A stretch of DNA of 64,000 nucleotides from Escherichia coli. Lineage in GTDB: Bacteria > Pseudomonadota > Gammaproteobacteria > Enterobacterales > Enterobacteriaceae. Below the pieces are notes generated by a model. That model was not told the DNA's origin and searched no databases. It worked only from the letters and a program-made list of their open reading frames with translations. Below, one piece after another: positions 46,095 through 55,797 of the stretch. Made by a program: the position numbers and the translations under genes. The stretch lies in NCBI RefSeq assembly GCF_024502345.1, contig NZ_JALDNN010000001.1, one strand, 5' to 3'. Each line of letters opens with the position of its first letter. The stretch's first letter is position 1.

Positions 46095-47164
46095 GCCAGA
46101 TCCTCATTGTTAAATGTCGGGTCGTTCGCCTGCGGAGCATCGCTCACTTCGGCAACCAGCGTATCGTTGGCGACTGGCGCAGGCGGAATAACAATCGATT
46201 CCGGCGTCACCACTGGCACCAGATGGCGGGTAAGCGGCGCTTTTTCAGTTAATAGCTTGCCAACCGTGGCGAGGAAATAACGACCGCATAAACGCCCAAG
46301 TTTATAGTCTTCACGCAGCGCCGGAATCCGACTGCCAAGCGCGATACTATGTAATGGCTTCGGCGGATAAATTTCGAATATCCGCAGCTTGCCCGGTGGT
46401 TTCTCAATAAATTGCTGAATGTCACGATAGCTGGTTTCATGATGCTGCACCAGATTGACCAGCGGCTGCAGGCTACTGTCACCCAGCCAGCGTTCCATGC
46501 GTTTGAACCACTGCGGCGTGTAGTACATTTGTGACGGCACAGTGCGGATGACGACCAACGTTTTAGCGCCCTGCCTTGCCGCCTCTTTAACCGGAATCGC
46601 ATCACTGATCCCGCCATCCAGGTAGTTAATGCCTTCCAGCGACACTCCGCTACGATAAAAGCCAGGTATCGCACTGGAGGCGCGAATCACATCCAGCCAG
46701 TTTTGTTTGGTTGGTAAAAAGTAATTCGGCGCGTAGTCATCCTGACGACAGGCGCACATATAAAACGATTTGCCGCTGTCAAACAACCGCGCGGCGGTAT
46801 CCATTTGCAACGGCATCTGGCTTGCGGTGGCCTCCACCAGCCAGTCGAGATCGATAAGATTTCCTCCACGGACAAAGCGCAATGGATCGAAAAATTCGCG
46901 TTTTGTGGTATAGCGCATGATGACTTTGCGCGCGTAACCGGGCTGATTGCAGATAAACGCCGAGAGGTTCTGCGCCCCGGCAGATGTGCCGAGATAAAGA
47001 TCGAAAGGATTAAACTGCGCGCGCATAAACTCATCCAGCACGCCAGCCGTGAAAATTCCACGCTGTCCGCCGCCTTCGCACACCAGAGCTATTCGTCCAG
47101 GCTGGAACGGCCTTAGCGACAACGGCGCAATATTACCCAGCGTTACAGGTATTCGCTGCCCCAC
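46091..47164 (-). CDS. yjjU: Patatin-like phospholipase YjjU
   Basis: GxGxxG...GTSAG patatin motifs; start set at the GTG giving 357 aa, which is uncertain. Confidence 0.85.
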   Translation of the reverse strand: MGQRIPVTLGNIAPLSLRPFQPGRIALVCEGGGQRGIFTAGVLDEFMRAQFNPFDLYLGTSAGAQNLSAFICNQPGYARKVIMRYTTKREFFDPLRFVRGGNLIDLDWLVEATASQMPLQMDTAARLFDSGKSFYMCACRQDDYAPNYFLPTKQNWLDVIRASSAIPGFYRSGVSLEGINYLDGGISDAIPVKEAARQGAKTLVVIRTVPSQMYYTPQWFKRMERWLGDSSLQPLVNLVQHHETSYRDIQQFIEKPPGKLRIFEIYPPKPLHSIALGSRIPALREDYKLGRLCGRYFLATVGKLLTEKAPLTRHLVPVVTPESIVIPPAPVANDTLVAEVSDAPQANDPTFNNEDLA

Positions 47165-47285
47165 CTCTGCCTTCCTGTTTTTGTTGTGAAAGAATGACAA
47201 AGTAACGCAATTTATTATTCGCTAAAACCGCAAAAGCCAGTCCGCTGGACTGGCTTTGGATAAAATTTTCTTAATGGTCTGAAAT

Positions 47286-47447
47286 CTAGGGTCGTTTTCG
47301 GCCCATGAACAAACTCACCAGGAACAGAATAATCCCGACGACAAAGACAATTTTAGCTGCGCCTGCAGCGGTACCGGCCAGACCACCAAACCCAAGTGCG
47401 GCGGCGATTAACGCGATAACCAGAAATATGATGCCCCAACGAAACAT
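47286..47447 (-). CDS. ytjA: Small membrane protein YtjA (DUF1328)
   Basis: 53-aa [53 protein letters not shown]. Confidence 0.85.
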
Positions 47448-47573
47448 AAGCGTCTCCTTTACCATAGTTAATGTCACCGCTTGATATGAGCGTGAAAATC
47501 ACTCAATGCGATATTTTTAGTGTGGTGCACATCGCGCCTCCCGACAAAGTTCGGGAGGACGAATTACGACGAA

Positions 47574-48179
47574 TTACTTAGTTTTCAGATCATTTTTAAC
47601 GCTTTTCACACCATCTACCGCTTTGGCGATACTTTCAGCACGGTCACTTTGTGCCTGAGAATCTACGGTACCGAAGAGCTGAACCACGCCATCGGTGGTT
47701 TCAACTTTCACATGACGGGAAGGGACGATATCGTCCGCCAGCAGTTTGGCTTTGATTTCACTGGTGGTGGCGGTGTCACCCGCGTAGCCCTTCACCGAGC
47801 CTTCTTTAGCGTCGCGAACGTGCAGTTTGTCGCTGACAGAGGTCACCCCTTCAACGCCTTTCGCCACTTTTACTGCCTCTTCGGCCTGGGCCTGGCTTTC
47901 AACGAAACCGCTCAGGGTCACGACTTTTTGATCGGTTTTTACAGAGATATCGGTGCTCTTGATGTTGTCATGATCCACCAGGGCCGCCTTCACTTTCGCG
48001 GTGATGGCGCTGTCATCCATGAAATTACCGACTTTATTCATAGAGCTATCGACTTTTTGCCCTGCGCTTTCATTGGTAGTCTGCGCGTTGTTTTCCGCGT
48101 AGGCAGAGCCGGTCGCGACGGCAGAGGTCAACATTACAGCCAGCAGAGTTTTCGAAATCTTCAGTCTTGTCATAGTCAT
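47574..48179 (-). CDS. osmY: Osmotically inducible periplasmic protein OsmY
   Basis: 201-aa from [28 protein letters not shown]...; two BON domains. Confidence 0.95.
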   Translation of the reverse strand: MTMTRLKISKTLLAVMLTSAVATGSAYAENNAQTTNESAGQKVDSSMNKVGNFMDDSAITAKVKAALVDHDNIKSTDISVKTDQKVVTLSGFVESQAQAEEAVKVAKGVEGVTSVSDKLHVRDAKEGSVKGYAGDTATTSEIKAKLLADDIVPSRHVKVETTDGVVQLFGTVDSQAQSDRAESIAKAVDGVKSVKNDLKTK

Positions 48180-48571
48180 CGATTTATTCCTGTATGTTTG
48201 CTCGTAATTTGAGCCTGGCAACACGAGGTTGCATTGCTGAATAGGGAGAGACTTCACCCTCTACAGAAGTCAATGGTCGCCATCACAAAAGCGATGAGTG
48301 ATAAATAACGACCATTACAGCCTCTGAATCAGTTATTAATATCGGTAGAATGACAATCGACGGCTTTAGATACTGATATCTACGCATTGAACGGTATTTA
48401 ACGCCGTCAGAAATGTCATCACTTTGTTAAATATAGATCACAATTTTGAAACCGCTCGTGATATCAGCGAAAACATAAGCAAAAGTGAATGTTTTAAGAA
48501 CATTCCGTAAGCGGCTAATAAGGAAGGGAAATTGACAGGGCGCAGCGGCTACCGCGCCCTGGAGGCAAGAA

Positions 48572-50158
48572 TTAATGCTCGCGGGTCTGGTGGAACTGAA
48601 CGTCCGGATAACGTTCCTGCGCCAGGCGCAGATTGACCATGCTGGTAGCGATGTAAGCGAGGTTATCGCCGCCATCAAGCGCCAGTTGGCTTTCGTTCTT
48701 ACGCTTGAACTCTTCGAATTTCTTCGCGTCCGCACATTCTACCCAGCGGGCAGTGGCAACGTTGACTGACTCATACACTGCTTCAACGTTGTATTCGCTC
48801 TTCAGGCGCGCTACAACCACATCAAACTGCAGCACACCAACTGCACCAACGATCAGGTCGTTGTTGGAGATCGGACGGAACACCTGCACCGCGCCCTCTT
48901 CGGAAAGCTGTACCAGCCCTTTGAGCAGCTGTTTTTGCTTCAGCGGATCTTTCAGGCGGATACGACGGAACAGTTCTGGTGCGAAGTTCGGAATACCGGT
49001 GAACTTCATCATCTCACCCTGGGTAAAGGTGTCGCCGATCTGAATGGTGCCGTGGTTGTGCAGGCCGAGGATATCGCCAGGATACGCTTCTTCAACGTGC
49101 GAACGGTCACCCGCCATAAAGGTCAGCGCGTCAGAGATCACCACGTCTTTCGCGGTGCGCACCTGGCGCAGCTTCATGCCTTTTTCATATTTACCGGATA
49201 CCACGCGCATAAACGCCACGCGGTCGCGGTGTTTCGGGTCCATGTTGGCCTGAATTTTAAATACGAAGCCGGTAAATTTGTCTTCGCTCGCTTGTACGGT
49301 ACGGGTATCAGTCTGACGCGGCATCGGCGCAGGTGCCCACTCCACCAGGCCATCCAACATATGATCGACGCCGAAGTTACCCAGCGCAGTACCGAAGAAT
49401 ACCGGAGTGATTTCGCCCGCAAGGAACAGCTCTTTGTCGAACTCGTTAGACGCGCCTTTAACCAGTTCCAGTTCGTCACGCAGCTGCTGTGCCAGATCTT
49501 CACCAACCGCAGCATCGAGATCCGGGTTATTCAGCCCTTTAACAATGCGGACTTCCTGAATGGTGTGCCCTTTACCGCTCTGATAGAGATAGGTTTCATC
49601 TTTATAAAGGTGGTAAACGCCTTTAAACAGCTTGCCGCAGCCAATCGGCCAGGTGATCGGCGCACAGCCGATTTTCAGCTCGTTCTCAACTTCATCGAGC
49701 AGTTCCATCGGGTCGCGGATATCACGGTCAAGTTTGTTCATAAAGGTGAGGATCGGCGTGTCGCGCAGACGGGTAACTTCCATCAGCTTACGGGTACGAT
49801 CTTCAACACCTTTTGCGGCGTCGATAACCATCAGGCAGCAGTCCACCGCCGTCAGGGTACGATAGGTATCTTCCGAGAAGTCTTCGTGCCCCGGGGTGTC
49901 TAGCAGGTTAACCAGGCAATCGTGATACGGAAACTGCATCACAGACGTAGTAATGGAGATCCCACGCTGCTTTTCCATCTCCATCCAGTCCGACTTAGCG
50001 TGCTGGTTGGAACCACGGCCTTTTACTGTACCAGCGGTCTGAATGGCCTGTCCGAACAGCAGCACCTTCTCGGTGATGGTAGTTTTACCGGCGTCCGGGT
50101 GAGAAATAATTGCAAAGGTTCTTCTTTTCGCTACCTCTGCGGCCAAAAGGCTTGTCAT
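48572..50158 (-). CDS. prfC: Peptide chain release factor 3 (N-terminus differs from K-12)
   Basis: 528-aa from [27 protein letters not shown]...; K-12 RF3 as recalled begins MTLSPYLQEVAKRR. Confidence 0.93.
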   Translation of the reverse strand: MTSLLAAEVAKRRTFAIISHPDAGKTTITEKVLLFGQAIQTAGTVKGRGSNQHAKSDWMEMEKQRGISITTSVMQFPYHDCLVNLLDTPGHEDFSEDTYRTLTAVDCCLMVIDAAKGVEDRTRKLMEVTRLRDTPILTFMNKLDRDIRDPMELLDEVENELKIGCAPITWPIGCGKLFKGVYHLYKDETYLYQSGKGHTIQEVRIVKGLNNPDLDAAVGEDLAQQLRDELELVKGASNEFDKELFLAGEITPVFFGTALGNFGVDHMLDGLVEWAPAPMPRQTDTRTVQASEDKFTGFVFKIQANMDPKHRDRVAFMRVVSGKYEKGMKLRQVRTAKDVVISDALTFMAGDRSHVEEAYPGDILGLHNHGTIQIGDTFTQGEMMKFTGIPNFAPELFRRIRLKDPLKQKQLLKGLVQLSEEGAVQVFRPISNNDLIVGAVGVLQFDVVVARLKSEYNVEAVYESVNVATARWVECADAKKFEEFKRKNESQLALDGGDNLAYIATSMVNLRLAQERYPDVQFHQTREH

Positions 50159-50176
50159 AATTGTTGTCTCTTTGAT

Positions 50177-50293
50177 TATGTACAATCATATGTACAAAGA
50201 AAAATTCATGCCGCTGATTGTACATTTTGGAGGTATCAGAGCATAGCAGAACATGATCAGTAGGTGTATTTGTAGCCAAAGAACATTTGTACA
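50177..50293. repeat. Cluster of four TGTACA hexamers (two as TATGTACAA spaced 12 bp)
   Basis: TGTACA at 50179, 50191, 50219 and 50288, far above chance; lies between the prfC start and the dinI-like gene. Confidence 0.6.
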
Positions 50294-50346
50294 TGCAGCA
50301 ATCTTTGTTCTATTGACACTGTTTATTCATACAGTTAAAAATAACA

Positions 50347-50362
50347 CTGTATACAAACACAG
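50347..50362 (+). promoter_or_regulatory. LexA (SOS) box upstream of the dinI-like gene
   Basis: ctgtatacaaacacag = CTGT-N8-ACAG, 16 bp upstream of the start codon. Confidence 0.75.
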
Positions 50363-50377
50363 TGTAGAGGGATTTTT

Positions 50378-50626
50378 ATGCGTATTGAGATCTGCATAGC
50401 CAAAGAGAAAATGACTAAAATGCCAAACGGTGCTGTGGATGCGTTAAAGGAAGAATTAACTCGACGCATCAGTAAGCGTTATGACGATGTAGAGGTGATC
50501 GTAAAAGCCACCAGCAACGATGGCCTTTCTGTTACGCGCACCGCCGATAAAGATTCAGCTAAAACTTTTGTTCAGGAAACTCTGAAAGATACCTGGGAGT
50601 CTGCTGACGAGTGGTTTGTTCACTAA
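50378..50626 (+). CDS. DinI-family DNA-damage-inducible protein
   Basis: 82-aa [31 protein letters not shown]...[15 protein letters not shown]; C-terminus resembles DinI (QETWESADDWF). Confidence 0.85.
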   Translation: MRIEICIAKEKMTKMPNGAVDALKEELTRRISKRYDDVEVIVKATSNDGLSVTRTADKDSAKTFVQETLKDTWESADEWFVH

Positions 50627-51052
50627 TTAACACGTAAAATCGGTAACGGCTGGAAATCATTCAATACTCGCACTATCGGAAGTTCACCAGCCAACCGCAG
50701 CACGTTCTTGCATACGACGTGTCTGCGGTTTTTCAACCATTCAGATACAGCACTCTCATCACATTCATTCTTCCGCATTAAAGTATATATGACCATATCA
50801 CCTTAATATTTTTCTTCTTCAGATAAAAATTGTTATCTATGTATACTTTTAAACCGAATCCGTGTAGAGTCTCTACCTAAGTTAGTTCGCAGCTACCCCT
50901 TCAGTTTGCGCCATTAACCTCCTGACTTTTGCCGCTATCTGTAAGCATTCCTGTATACCTGAAACTACAGGGTTCATCTACGAACTTTAAGAACACCCAG
51001 GATAAAAATTGTCAACTATATTATATATAACACCATACTAATTCGAGGCTAT

Positions 51053-51166
51053 ATGAACAGCATACTGATAATCACTTCACTACTTATCATATTCAGCATT
51101 TTTGGTCATGCTCTAATAAAATTAGGGATTGGCATATCCAATAACCCGGACAAAACCGATGTATAA
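51053..51166 (+). CDS. Hypothetical 37-aa hydrophobic peptide
   Basis: [37 protein letters not shown]; GAGG 5 nt upstream of the ATG; promoter-like AT-rich element upstream. Confidence 0.35.
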   Translation: MNSILIITSLLIIFSIFGHALIKLGIGISNNPDKTDV

Positions 51167-51234
51167 GTCAACATATCCTGAATCAGACATACAATATTGC
51201 AATGAAAACCAATAATATTTTAAGGAATATCTTC

Positions 51235-51468
51235 ATGAAATCAAAAGACACCCTAAAGTGGTTCCCTGCGCAGCTTCCTGAAGTCAGAATTATCCTGGGA
51301 GATGCTGTCGTGGAAGTAGCAAAACAGGGAAGACCTATCAATACCAGAACATTGCTTGATTACATTGAAGGAAACATAAAGAAAAAGTCATGGCTGGATA
51401 ACAAAGAATTATTACAAACAGCGATATCAGTTCTTAAAGACAACCAAAATTTAAATGGTAAAGTGTAA
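51235..51468 (+). CDS. ydfK: YdfK/YnaE-family prophage protein (cold-shock-inducible family in K-12)
   Basis: 77-aa MKSKDTLKWFPAQLPEVRIILGDAVVEVAKQGRPINTRTLLDYIEG...; AGGAA RBS. Confidence 0.7.
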   Translation: MKSKDTLKWFPAQLPEVRIILGDAVVEVAKQGRPINTRTLLDYIEGNIKKKSWLDNKELLQTAISVLKDNQNLNGKV

Positions 51469-51847
51469 TACCTCCCCTGAAAAATAATTTTTCAATGCAT
51501 TAAAAAAATATCAACAACTACGTTATTCCGCAACAACCTACTTTTTTTACCATTTTTCCACTTTAACAACATTTTGCTCCACTTTTCCACGACCAAACAA
51601 CTTAAAATCTGGTTAAAATAACATACAACACTATTATTCGTCTTCCTCGAGTCCGCCCGGAGTTCGAAAAACAAACCGAGTTAAAGCCATTTTTCAAAAA
51701 ATCGATTTTTGGTTACACCAAAATTACGGGACTGCATCCGAATTCGTTTATTTTCGAACGTATACATACAAATATGTACAATAATAAGCGAAATAATTTT
51801 TGGATATGCATTATGATATGTACACCAATTTCGTATAGAGTCTCACT

Positions 51848-52438
51848 ATGTCTCGAATTTTTGCTTACTGTCGGATATCAACGCTGGATCAGACCCCCGA
51901 AAATCAACGCCGGGAAATCGAAAGTGCAGGTTTTAAAATCAAACCTCAGCAAATAATCGAAGAACACATTAGCGGCTCAGCAGCAACCAGTGAGCGTCCT
52001 GGTTTTAACCGGTTGCTTGCTCGCCTGAAATGTGGTGATCAATTGATTGTGACAAAACTGGATCGCCTTGGTTGTAATGCAATGGATATCAGGAAAACAG
52101 TGGAACAACTGACCGAAACAGGTATCAGAGTGCATTGCTTAGCATTGGGGGGCATTGACCTGACCAGTCCAACAGGAAAAATGATGATGCAAGTAATTTC
52201 AGCAGTCGCTGAATTTGAACGAGACCTTTTACTTGAACGCACTCATTCCGGGATAGTAAGAGCCCGGGGCGCAGGGAAACGTTTTGGTCGACCACCTGTG
52301 TTAAATGAAGAACAGAAACAGGTGGTATTCGAACGAATTAAGTCAGGTGTAAGTATAAGTGCCATTGCCCGGGAATTCAAAACCTCGCGGCAAACCATTT
52401 TAAGAGCCAAAGCAAAACTTCAGACACCTGACATATAA
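51848..52438 (+). CDS. pin: Serine recombinase, Pin-like DNA invertase (PinQ/PinR type)
   Basis: 196-aa [15 protein letters not shown]...; resolvase/invertase catalytic N-domain plus C-terminal HTH. Confidence 0.85.
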   Translation: MSRIFAYCRISTLDQTPENQRREIESAGFKIKPQQIIEEHISGSAATSERPGFNRLLARLKCGDQLIVTKLDRLGCNAMDIRKTVEQLTETGIRVHCLALGGIDLTSPTGKMMMQVISAVAEFERDLLLERTHSGIVRARGAGKRFGRPPVLNEEQKQVVFERIKSGVSISAIAREFKTSRQTILRAKAKLQTPDI

Positions 52439-52535
52439 AAAATAATCTCGGTGTGAGATGCTTTACGTCTTCCAAGCCCCCTTCCTTGCCGTAAATGGAA
52501 AGATACATCTAATTATAGAATTTATATGTTTTACC

Positions 52536-53111
52536 CTACGGCAGTGCTGGCCATTCAATATCCTGTGCAGTTGACGTATCAACACGGTTCAGCAATACCC
52601 GATACTTTTTCCATGCTTCCAGCAACGAGATTTCTTCCTCCGTTGCAATTTCCAGATCTGCAGCATCCTGAAGCGGCGCAATATGCTCACTGGCTACCTG
52701 CATCAGGTTGTTTTTTGTTTCTTCCGCCTCCCGGATCCGGAACAGTTTTTCTGCTTCCGTATCCTTCACCCAGGCTGTGCCGTTCCACTTCTGAAACTCC
52801 CCTTCCGGGGATAACCAAGTGACATTTTCCGGTAATGGGCCAAGTTCAGAAATAAATAACGCGTCGCCGGAAGCCACGTCATAGACGGTTTTACCCCGAT
52901 GGTCTTCAACGAGATGCCACGATGCCTCATCACTGTTGAAAACAGCCACAAAGCCAGCCGGAATATCTGGCGGTGCAATATCGGTACTGTTTGCTGGCAG
53001 ACCTGTATGAGGTGGAATATATGCATCACCTTCACCAATAAATTCATTAGTTCCGGCCAGCAGATTATAAATTGTTATGGTCCGTGGTTGTTCACTCATT
53101 CTGAAATCCAT
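52536..53111 (-). CDS. tfa: Tail fibre assembly protein Tfa
   Basis: 191-aa from the ATG preceded by an AGGTG SD; ...[37 protein letters not shown]... as recalled for TfaQ/TfaR. Confidence 0.85.
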   Translation of the reverse strand: MDFRMSEQPRTITIYNLLAGTNEFIGEGDAYIPPHTGLPANSTDIAPPDIPAGFVAVFNSDEASWHLVEDHRGKTVYDVASGDALFISELGPLPENVTWLSPEGEFQKWNGTAWVKDTEAEKLFRIREAEETKNNLMQVASEHIAPLQDAADLEIATEEEISLLEAWKKYRVLLNRVDTSTAQDIEWPALP

Positions 53112-53119
53112 GTTCACCT

Positions 53120-54022
53120 CTACTTAATATCAGAGACAGAATATTGTTTATTGAACGTATGGGTGTGAGCACCAATAACGATGCTACTTCCGTGGCTATG
53201 TGCGCCAGAGATGACATTACCTACGGGATTTTCTGGATTAATCCGGTGTATATGCGAACCAGGGCGAAACCGGTTATTAGCCTGATGTTGTATCAGTACA
53301 TCATCAGCCTGATGTTCAGGGTTAATACAGACCTGCCCGGAACGTGAGCAATACGTCCGATAATCGCCGCATCCAATATATTTAGTATCCGCATAACGGC
53401 AAACAGAATTACCCGGACAGTATGCATATGTGCCAAATACTGCCGACTGGCGGGATTGTGCGTATTCCCAGTTAATTGATTCTGTTTTTTTATTAAAGTT
53501 ATCCCATGCCTGCTTCATCTGCCGGGCAACACTTTCAAACGGCACCTGACCACATCCGGCTCCCATTGCAGGGAATACCACCGTTTTTATTTTCCTGTCT
53601 GTCGTTGCGTGTTTATTGTGCTGAAAGATGGCAAGCAGAGCGGCCCAGGTTGCGTTATATACAGCGTCTGTTCCGTCAATTGTCAGCGGAACACGCATTG
53701 TTGGCGCATGTACCAGCCAGGGATGATGATTATGCCCCGTTTCAATAACAAATGCAGAACCTACAGGCTGCTCGCCGAGATATTCACGAAGAATATGATT
53801 CTGAACGCGGGACTGTAACTGAGTACCGAAGAATGCGGTAATGGCGGCATCAACACCGCCATCCATCAGGCCGAAACTGTTTGCCGCACTTACCATGCAG
53901 TCAAATTCCCTGATTGTTTCAAATGGCTTTCCGACAATATTCACATTATCTGCATTTGCGAATACCCGCTTAAATGCTTCAGCCATTTCTGTTACTGGTG
54001 CAGAAAGAATGAGCGTAATCAT
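53120..54022 (-). CDS. Macrodomain protein with tail-fibre-like His-x-His C-terminal region
   Basis: Macrodomain motifs [42 protein letters not shown]; C-terminal ...[18 protein letters not shown]; ATG overlaps the stop of the upstream stf fragment. Confidence 0.6.
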   Translation of the reverse strand: MITLILSAPVTEMAEAFKRVFANADNVNIVGKPFETIREFDCMVSAANSFGLMDGGVDAAITAFFGTQLQSRVQNHILREYLGEQPVGSAFVIETGHNHHPWLVHAPTMRVPLTIDGTDAVYNATWAALLAIFQHNKHATTDRKIKTVVFPAMGAGCGQVPFESVARQMKQAWDNFNKKTESINWEYAQSRQSAVFGTYAYCPGNSVCRYADTKYIGCGDYRTYCSRSGQVCINPEHQADDVLIQHQANNRFRPGSHIHRINPENPVGNVISGAHSHGSSIVIGAHTHTFNKQYSVSDIK

Positions 54023-54186
54023 GCAAGCCTCACAATATAGTTAAATGCGATGTTTTTGACGGTGTTTTCCGCGTTACCAGCAGCGTTAACGGTGATGGTG
54101 TGTCCATGTGACCCTATCGCAACGGAGTGCGTATGAGCACCAATACCGACAGTATGCGCGTGTGCACCTGCAGATACTGCTGTAAA
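54019..54186 (-). pseudogene. Side tail fibre (Stf) C-terminal fragment
   Basis: ...[51 protein letters not shown]; joined out of frame to the terminase fragment upstream. Confidence 0.7.
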
Positions 54187-54892
54187 AACGCATGAAATGT
54201 GCCGACTCGTTAGCGGCTTTTTCGATCTGGCAGGAGCCTTTGATTTTAGGCGTCGAGCCGCGAATGGATTTTGGCCATACAGAGCCCTCAATACGTTTAT
54301 CCCCCAGCAGGGTTGGCGAACCCTCTTTTTCAACATCCGGTTCGAACGAGGAAAGTTCGTCATAGCAGACCACATCCACGGATTTTTCACGGTAGTTTTT
54401 GGCGGCAGCGCCGCCCAGGCACCATAAACCGACGCCCGATGAAAAGCGTTTCAGCGTGAGGGTATTATCACGATGTTTACGACCCAGCCATGGGGAAAGG
54501 TCTTTCAGGCATGGCACGTCCCTAATCGTCGTCTCCACGTGAGACTTCATAAAATCTTCAGCGGCAGAATCCGTGGGCTGAAAAAGCAGACTGTTTCGGG
54601 ATTTATGCTCAATAAAATACCCGACCACCCCCAGCAACATCTTTGTATAGCCAACACGGGCAGATTTAATCAGATTAACTGTGCGGATCTGATCATTCCC
54701 CATACTGTTCATGATGGCGATCTGGAACGGCAGCGTTTTCCATTCGCCGTCACCGTATGAGGATTCTTTCGGCAGATAATAATACTGATCAGCCCATTCA
54801 ACTGCCGTCATCGGTACAACCCTGACCAGAGGCTGCAGCGCAACCGAAACGGCAGCCATCAGATTATTCAGTTGTTGCTCTGATATATTCAT
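54185..54892 (-). pseudogene. Terminase large subunit (lambda gpA-like) N-terminal fragment, about 235 codons
   Basis: MNISEQQLNNL...PMTAVEWADQYYYLPKESSYGDGEWKTLPFQ...[41 protein letters not shown] closely parallels lambda gpA 1-215, then similarity stops. Confidence 0.85.
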
Positions 54893-55370
54893 CCAGCAAA
54901 TCCGGTAATTTATCCCCTGCCCGCGCACACTGATTTGCGCCCTTCGCAATAAGGGTTTTCAGATGGTCAAGATGACGTGGCGTTAAATCCGGGAACTGTC
55001 GCTGCATGGATAACGGAATAGAATCAAGCGTACTGGACAATGCCATCGCCAGCTTGCTGAGGGCGAAAACGCAGAAGTCTGAATCGATGAGCTTACCTTC
55101 GGTTACCTGATTTTTAAGTTTTTGAGCTACGGCCTGTTCTTCTGTCAGTTCAGCTCTGGCCCGAAGCAGCCTTTCCTCCAGATCGCCCCCGTCATCAGGT
55201 GTTCTATGATTGTGTTGTCGCCGCTCGCGATCTATCTCCAGTACAGTTTTAACGTCATAAAAAACTTCCCTCCCCCGACGCTCGACAGGAGGAACGCCCC
55301 ATTTATCAAATGCCTGAACAGAGATACCGATGGAGGAGGCCATATCACTTTTATTCAATAAAAAGGCCAT
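54864..55370 (-). CDS. noh: Terminase small subunit, Nu1-like (Noh)
   Basis: MAFLLNKSDMASSIGISVQAFDKWGV... resembles lambda Nu1; GGAGAGGAG SD; 3' end overlaps the terminase-A fragment start. Confidence 0.8.
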   Translation of the reverse strand: MAFLLNKSDMASSIGISVQAFDKWGVPPVERRGREVFYDVKTVLEIDRERRQHNHRTPDDGGDLEERLLRARAELTEEQAVAQKLKNQVTEGKLIDSDFCVFALSKLAMALSSTLDSIPLSMQRQFPDLTPRHLDHLKTLIAKGANQCARAGDKLPDLLDEYIRATTE

Positions 55371-55797
55371 CTCCTCTCCATAAGTCATCGATAAAAAGCG
55401 ATACAACAACCATGTGTTTTTACAAAACCATTTGATATCATTTAATTTTTTCACATTAATGACATCAAAGCACATCGTAAGGTTGTTGTATTTATTTTAT
55501 TTTCACCTTACTTATCAATTAGATATACCAAACAATTAAACAACAACCACCCCCTCAAAAAATCTCATAAATAGCGAAAAACCGCGAGGTCGCCGCCCCG
55601 TAACCTGTCGGATCGCCGGAAAGGACCCACAAAATGATAATAATTATCATCTACATATCACAACGTGCGTGTACGCCATCAAACCACGTCAAATAATCAA
55701 TTATGACGCAGGTATCGTATTAATTGATCCGCATCAACTTAACGTAAAAACAACTTCAGACAATACAAATCAGCGACACAGAATACGGGACAACCTC

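Noticed and set aside
53258-53285. Palindromic aaccggtt inside the macrodomain ORF at the boundary of its HxH tail, considered as a recombination site
   Set aside because: Flanks do not resemble invertase half-sites and no partner copy was seen.
51600-54300. Gin/Hin-type crossover sites (AAACC-NN-GGTTT cores) flanking an invertible fibre segment
   Set aside because: No convincing pair found by eye; only the single palindrome at 51695-51712 is reported as a candidate.
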